DNA from: Catajapyx aquilonaris
Lineage: Eukaryota
Direction: 5' to 3'
Assembly (NCBI GenBank): GCA_000934665.2
Contig: JYFJ02001092.1
Coordinates: forward strand, 62,001 to 91,950
DNA: 29,950 nt
Part shown: one piece after another, positions 24,238-29,950 of the stretch
Numbering within the stretch: position 1 is the first letter of the stretch
Layout: every line of letters begins with the position of its first letter
Notes under the pieces: model-generated
The model's database searches: none
Told to the model about the DNA's origin: nothing
The model's input: only the letters and a program-made list of their open reading frames with translations
Program-made: the position numbers and the translations under genes

Positions 24238-24460
24238 AACAGGTGCTACCAGGGGCACCTGCTCATACACGGTTGTGGTAGCCACCTGCTGCAGAAAAAT
24301 ATTGACCAGAGGTACCAGCTCGGAGGTACTAAGGAAAAGTATAATATTTAATATTGTCACTGAAAGATGCAGGATACCACCAATAAAGTGGTGCCAAGCT
24401 CGGCCCTAGGCTCTAGGACAGGGTGGTTATTTGGCTGGTGCCATGGTATTAACACCTGTT
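24238..24460. repeat. Degenerate inverted repeat, possible old MITE
   Basis: aacaggtgctaccaggggcacctgc resembles the reverse complement of gctggtgccatggtattaacacctgtt, with gaps; an internal inverted copy tggtagccacctg is also present. Confidence 0.3.
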
Positions 24461-25170
24461 TGCAAAGGAGTATAGGTGAGGGCCTAAAATGAGTTTGGTT
24501 GCTGGTTGAGGGAAGGCACTATCTGCTATCGTAGTGTGATGGTTTCAGCCAGCTGTTTCATTGTGGATACCAAAATGTTATGGCCAGTATTTAAATATAA
24601 AAACCCCTGAGGTTGTAACAGTGCCTGATGTACAATATTGTACCTGGGTTTATTATTATTTTATTAGGAAGGAGCCAAAGCAACTATGGCTATCTGGCTA
24701 TTAGAAGACACAAAAGGTGGGACAGATGGAGAGAGAAATGAAGAGAAAAAAGAAGAGAGGGAAGACTGAGTATCTCTAGTCTGACTCCTATTCCAAAGAC
24801 CTGTCCAACTTGGGTGGCCCTGCCAGTACCCTGGGCCAAGAGTTGTATTATTCGTCTGGGAGACGTGTGTCACTGCCATGTATCGATTTCTTTTCAGTCA
24901 ACTTCCAATGAATATACTATTTAGAGAAGGTTTTGGTTATGCAGGCTACGCGATAAGTGTATTGTCTCAGTCTGTTACTCAGTCAGTACTGTTACAAGAA
25001 AGGATTAGCCTTGAATTGGGCAATGAAATCACTGTATATTTATTAAGAAATCGGCCAGTTGAAATTAACAAAATGGCGTTTTTTGTAGGAAATTCTAAAT
25101 TGAGTCATAGCCAGCTGAACAGTACATTATGATACTGCACCTCTGCAGTGCTTTTGTATGATTACTGTAA

Positions 25171-25316
25171 AGGCCCATTCACACAGGCCGTCGACAGTTT
25201 TGGTCATTGGTCGCGTTGACGCCGTGGACCAATCATGACTCGTGTAAACAAGCACAACACCGCGGCGTCAATGCGACCAAAGACCAAAACTGTCGACAGC
25301 CTGTGTGAATGGGCCT
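25171..25316. mobile_element. PIF/Harbinger (Tourist-like) MITE, 146 bp
   Basis: TAA|AGGCCCATTCACAC...GTGTGAATGGGCCT|TAA: 3-bp TAA duplication (25168-25170, 25317-25319), 57-nt arms with 4 differences, 32-nt spacer. Confidence 0.88.
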
Positions 25317-25882
25317 TAACTCGACAATGGTACACAATTTACTTTGAGCCCTGGAAATTTCGCAACGCAAAATTGAATATAGTCAACCAATGGTATACCA
25401 ACACCTACTGATATGTAACTCAACCATTACACCTGGACAAATCTTGCAGCACCCATTGTGGAACACAGCATCACCAGACACATTGCTATTTCTAGTTTCT
25501 GAAATCATACGCATGCATCAGCAGTGTAAAATATGCACTGACTGTCCAAGCCACGATCCTCAAGAATTCATGTCCTCAACCGCAAGACCTCCCCTTTTGC
25601 CTTCATACGTAATATCAAGAGCTAATGATGTACTGTAGGCTACACAACAATTTCATACCCTGAATTGGACAACACTCTTCAAAATGACCACTGGTTCCTT
25701 CTACTACAGTCAGTCTGTTGGTTGTTTGATCAGGAAGAGAAGCCAAGGCAACTAGGGCTACTGGAAACTATAGCTACAAGGAGAGAGCGTAAATGACCCC
25801 TAGGAGTCACACACTCTACGGAACGTTCGATGACAAACTCCAGAGTGTACACACCATGTGTGGTCAGTCTTTCTCCGTACCG

Positions 25883-25916
25883 TCAGTCTGTCCCTGTTCT
25901 CACATCGTCCAAGATG
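25883..25916 (+). promoter_or_regulatory. Candidate Inr + DPE core promoter for rhotekin exon B
   Basis: TCAGTC at 25883-25888 (A+1 = 25885) and AGATG (fits RGWYV) at exactly +28 to +32 (25912-25916). Confidence 0.45.
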
Positions 25917-26218
25917 ATCCTAGCCGTTATTCCAAGAGGAGCCTCGCCTACCAGACATCTTGTAAGATGTAACAACAACGGTTCGAAAGCAGGCCCGCGA
26001 AACGTTGCAGATGGCAGCATCCCCCTCGTTTGGCCCTTTCGCCGCCCACCCGGCCTCTCTTCTGAATGAATGAGGCTGCGTTGCCAGGTTGTGCTCCGGG
26101 ACCCCCCTAGAGAAGTAGCGGAGACTGCGGGAGAAGAAGGCGGGGTCTAATTTGGGGCTTGGCCGGAGTCCCGATCGAAAAACTGGGAGCGGAGGCGGGG
26201 AGGGAGGTACGGGCAAGG

Positions 26219-26237
26219 GAGAGAGAGAGAGAGAGAG
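26219..26237. repeat. (GA)n microsatellite
   Basis: About 9 GA units in the putative 5' UTR of exon B. Confidence 0.9.
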
Positions 26238-26371
26238 GTTGAGTCACGAGTGGGCCAAGGAGGACCAGAAGAGTGGTCTCCTCCAACTGGGGAGGGTGAC
26301 ATGCGGAAGAGAAAGAAAGAGTGCTGCTTATAGCAAGAGTGTAAGGGGACAGAAAGACACGCGCTACCACA

Positions 26372-26605
26372 ATGCAGTCGTGCTTCCCACCGTTGGGGAT
26401 ACTCAACGGCAGCGGTGCAGGGGATGCGGAGGACTCGGACCACGAAGGGTACGGGGACAGTGGCAACGGAGGGCATGTGGCAAGGGGGCCCAGGAGGAGC
26501 AGCAGGCGGAACAACAAGCAGGCGGCATCGGCCGTCCAGCAGTCCAACTCGGTCTTGCATGACCTTGACCTCTTCTACATACGACAAATTGCACATAGTC
26601 TGCAG
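26372..26605 (+). CDS. RTKN: Rhotekin-like gene, candidate first coding exon B
   Basis: cacaATG context with in-frame TAA 30 nt upstream; ends SNSVLHDLDLFYIRQIAHSLQ, which I recall from insect rhotekin N-termini; phase-0 donor CAG|GTAAAG. Confidence 0.75.
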
Positions 26606-26741
26606 GTAAAGGTCAAAGGAGAGCTGGGGGGGGAAGGGAAAGTCGCAGTACATTTTGCACAATTTTCGGGCAGTGCATGGTGGAATGAACGGTAATGAGG
26701 GGGGACTTGCCAGTTTATAAATAGAGATAGAGAAGGGCAAG

Positions 26742-26775
26742 GAGAGGGAAAGAGAGAGAGAGAGAGGGAGAGAGA
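26742..26775. repeat. Imperfect (GA)n tract
   Basis: gagagggaaagagagagagagagagggagagaga in the intron after exon B. Confidence 0.85.
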
Positions 26776-28014
26776 AAGTGGTGATAAGGTTTAATAAACC
26801 GCTTTTTTTGCAGGAATTTAACCCACGCCTTCTTGGCAGGCGTCCCAGACATGCAAGCCAGACCTTATTTTTATTTGCACGTATGCAAAATAAAGCGGTG
26901 GTCGGAGGATGTCCTTTGCATGGCTTTAATGGAGTGGTTTATGTAGTGATGTTTGCAGACATGAAAGTTTTGATCAGACCCACCAAGAGAGGAAGCCTTT
27001 TTACAAAGTTGACAAATGCTTCAGGGCAATTGAACTGATATCGGGGAGGGATTGGCAGCACTGAAATAGAAATTGCGTAAAGTTTGTTGATAAACAACAT
27101 CATGACATTTTCCGATGCCAGAGGTAATGATCAGTGAATGATACGCAAGTTCATTACCAGATGTAAGTCAAGCACATTACACACATAGGTGCCATTCCAG
27201 GCAGTATAATGATTCCAAGGTAACACGTTAAAGCCTCGGGCAGCTTTCTAGATCAAGGGCCAAATATTTTTTATGGAGATACGAGTGAGAAAACTGAAAG
27301 TAATGTTCGCTGGTAAAATGGCAAATTGTGTACAGTGGGATGAAAAGTGGACTGCAAACATTGTTGTATCTAGCAAATGAGATCTTAATCTAGTTTCTAG
27401 TTTATTATACCCAGTGAGCATTTATGATCTTAATCAAATATGAATCAGAACTGGCTGATAGATTAACAATCAATAAACCAGGTTGGGAAATGTGCATGGT
27501 TTGTCATTATTGCTATAGCAGTTGACAGCATTGTCATTACCTATTGACAGTGACTAGTTTATCAGAAAATTAATTTGGATGCTACACAATGAAAGTTTCA
27601 GGATATTTTAGGATAGTGAGCTTTGCAGTCTCAGTGTCAGTACATTTTCAGCAAAGCTTCCCTGTGGCACATGATTACAATTTTGTATACACATTTACAT
27701 AATACTGTATTGAACAAAACGTTTACATGATTACAATGCAGAATCTCCCACATTTATTTGTGAATTTGTTACATTACATTTCATTGTTCGTAAGTCGAGT
27801 AATTGAATGATAAATAGGATATGTCTGAGCTGAGAGTATGGAGGATGTAGTGTATGTCAAGGGCATTTGAGGAAGTTGGGGAACGGAAGGGTTAACAGAT
27901 AAGTCACCACATCCCTTTTTCAGGGAGGGAGTGTGTGTGCATGTAGCTTGCACACTAGTTTGTAACTTCCTTCTAGTGTGAACAACATTCTTAGTAGGCA
28001 CAATGGATTTACAG

Positions 28015-28304
28015 GAAACTGAATTGGAACGCAAAGTGGAGCTGGAGTTGAAAATGCGTGAAGCAAGTGCAAAGCTCTTGGCAGCCTCCAGAACCAAGGT
28101 GCAGAGCTTGGAAGCCGCAAAAAGCCTGCTGGTGTCTGGTGAGCGAGTGGCTGCGTATGTCTCTGAGCTTCAGCGACGGAAACGCCAATCCCCAGGTGCC
28201 TCGCCAGGAGTGGGTTCTACTGGTCGTCTGAGCATCTCAGAGCTTCGCTTTCCTTTGGCATGGAAAGACTCTGATCACTTTAAAAACAGAGGAGATCATC
28301 GCAG
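28015..28304 (+). CDS. RTKN: Rhotekin-like exon: HR1 Rho-binding coiled coil and start of anillin-homology domain
   Basis: ETELERKVELELKMREASAKLLAAS...QSLEAAKSLLVSGERVAAYVSELQRRK...GRLSISELRFPLAWKDSDHFKNRG, matching rhotekin motifs (KLLAA...LEAxKSL, ISDLRIPLMWKD). AG|GTAGGA donor, phase 2. Confidence 0.93.
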
Positions 28305-28462
28305 GTAGGATTATATGTTTCAGGGTAAGGGTGCATTTTGGGAAGTTTCACAGTGATCACTAGTTTAGGGTGGACAGTAAAGAGTACATTGTATGACCAG
28401 CATTGTGTCTGGATTCAACTTAAAGCATGGACTTTATTATTATTATGGATGGGTGCCATATA

Positions 28463-28777
28463 GGCGGCCCACCCTTACTTCGACCCTATGTCATCGTTTT
28501 GTTTACCGACTCCTAGTTAACGGAAAGCTGCCGAACGTACCCTGGAACCTCGCACTTTTCATCTTTCCATGGAAAAATGCCCTCATGCAACAATGGGAGT
28601 AAACAGCATTCTTTTTGTTGACATTGTTTACTCAAACCATGACTCAAACTGTTGCATGAGAGCATTTCCATGGAAACATGAAAAGTGCGAGGTTCCAGGG
28701 TACGTTCGGCAGCTTTCCGTTAACTAGGAGTCGGTAAACAAAACGATGACATAGGGTCGAAGTAAGGGTGGGCCGCC
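28463..28777. mobile_element. Young foldback MITE (315 bp), TA/TATA-flanked, unclassified
   Basis: TATA|GGCGGCCCACCC...GGGTGGGCCGCC|TATA. 28457-28562 is a perfect 106-nt reverse complement of 28678-28783; arms total about 135 nt. Confidence 0.88.
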
Positions 28778-28857
28778 TATATGAAACTATTGCATATCTT
28801 GAAATATGTGAATTTCTGCAACTGGTCACCATTGAATATGCCCTATGATGCCAACAG

Positions 28858-29260
28858 GTTTGCAGCCTTCTGCCTAGTGCGAGTTGGTGCAGAAGTTCAG
28901 GACACTGGTTTGGCTGCTCCTGCTGATCGTTCCTTGACTGACCTAACTTGGCCTGATGTCCTGGTATTTCGCCATGTACCAGCTTCTTTCCGGGTCCGCT
29001 TAGAACTTTATGCACATGTCCTAAGTGATGACATGAAGCTGGCTTCCACACCCAGGAGGATCTGCCACAGTCTGCATTCGTCACTGAGCAGGGCTGTTGG
29101 CAGGAGGTTGGCTGCTGATCTTGCTGCAGTGGAAGGTGGAGGTGGTGGAGGAGGGACAGGAGGAGGTGGGATGCTGCCTAGTCTGAGGCACTTTCAAGGG
29201 GGACCTGAGTTTCGCTTGGCTGCTTGGGCTGAGCTGAATCTTGGTGATGCTCATGATGCT
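28858..29260 (+). CDS. RTKN: Rhotekin-like exon: anillin-homology domain
   Basis: aacAG|(R)FAAFCLVRVGAEVQDT...DRSLTDLTWPDVLVF...FRVRLELYA...SSLSRAVGRRL...EFRLAAWAELNLGDAHDA; donor GTAAGT at 29261. Confidence 0.92.
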
Positions 29261-29336
29261 GTAAGTTGCTCATGTTCCAGCACATGTTCAAGCAAGTGAT
29301 TAGTGAGCTTGAATAAGTAAACGCTTTAAATTACAG

Positions 29337-29717
29337 GTGCGCACCCATGATCTTACTCTTGATTCTATGGAAGACAACCCTCGCCAACGCCTCCCCCTGT
29401 TTGGCCATTTCTGCTGCAGGATGGCTGCCCAACCAGACTGCATTGCCAGGCCAGTAGCCTCTGGGCCTCTCACCCTCCTCTCCCTTCCCTCCACTGGGAT
29501 GGGGGGAGGAGCTGAAGGAGGGGGATCAACTGAAACTGTTGGCTCGTCGTTGACTTCCTCTTCGACCTCATCAGGTCGTTCCGAGGGTACCAGATCAGAA
29601 CCACCTGGTCCTGAGCCATTGTGGGCTGTTTTGCAGGGATTCCGGCTGGGTCTGTGGGATTCAAAGGGTGCCTGGGATGCTTCTGAAGAGCCCTTTCTGA
29701 CACTGCCTGTGGATCGG
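29337..29717 (+). CDS. RTKN: Rhotekin-like exon: linker and start of PH domain (gene continues beyond window)
   Basis: ttacAG|VRTHDLTL...LPLFGHFCCRMAAQPDC...LWAVLQGFRLGLW...EPFLTLPVDR; donor G|GTTAGT at 29718. Confidence 0.9.
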
Positions 29718-29950
29718 GTTAGTGTCAAAAGTTTTCCTCATATTGCTTGCATGTATTGAGACAAAATACAGTATGTATTGTGCTCATGGAAATGTCATTA
29801 GTTCCATTGTATTATGCGCATTTGAAATTCATTGCAACAAACCAAATTTTTCTAGCAATGGGGAACTAGCCTTCATTTTGGAAACTACATAATAAATTCG
29901 CCCATATTTTTTGGATTTTTTTGGCATATTCCGTTTTAAGATATCAGTTC

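Noticed and set aside
25920..26740. Several overlapping 98-197 aa ORFs around rhotekin exon B
   Set aside because: Purine-rich low-complexity DNA lacks stops; only the 26372 frame has a recognisable motif and a phase-compatible donor.
28393..28857. Opposing ORFs with identical YRRPTLTSTLCHRFVYRLLVNGKLPNVPWNLALF peptide
   Set aside because: Translation of the two arms of the intronic palindrome, not a duplicated gene.
1..29950. Prokaryotic systems (CRISPR array, operon, defence island), autonomous transposase or reverse transcriptase
   Set aside because: No regularly spaced repeat-spacer array and no long uninterrupted ORF with such motifs; the genes are spliceosomal and eukaryotic.

Overview
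Eukaryotic, intron-rich genomic DNA, most likely arthropod (inferred from an ABCH-type transporter and insect-like RhoBTB and rhotekin sequences). Three protein-coding genes lie on the + strand: the last two exons of a RhoBTB gene (110-1850), a complete ABCH-subfamily half-transporter (6 coding exons, 12917-20873, 776 aa as spliced by hand), and the 5' part of a rhotekin-like gene with two candidate alternative first coding exons (23968 and 26372) that runs off the window end. Non-coding DNA carries at least six inverted-repeat elements (Tc1-like, pogo/Tigger-like and PIF/Harbinger-like MITEs, plus unclassified foldbacks), a tRNA-derived SINE and microsatellites. Most ORFs in the supplied track are artefacts of introns, antisense frames or palindromes. 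I found no convincing wholly new biological system. The best leads are a non-canonical GC donor on a 5.1 kb ABCH intron, the dual-promoter rhotekin, near-perfect intronic hairpins, and a Grainyhead/AP-1/CRE motif set around the ABCH gene. All family assignments come from recalled motifs, not database searches.
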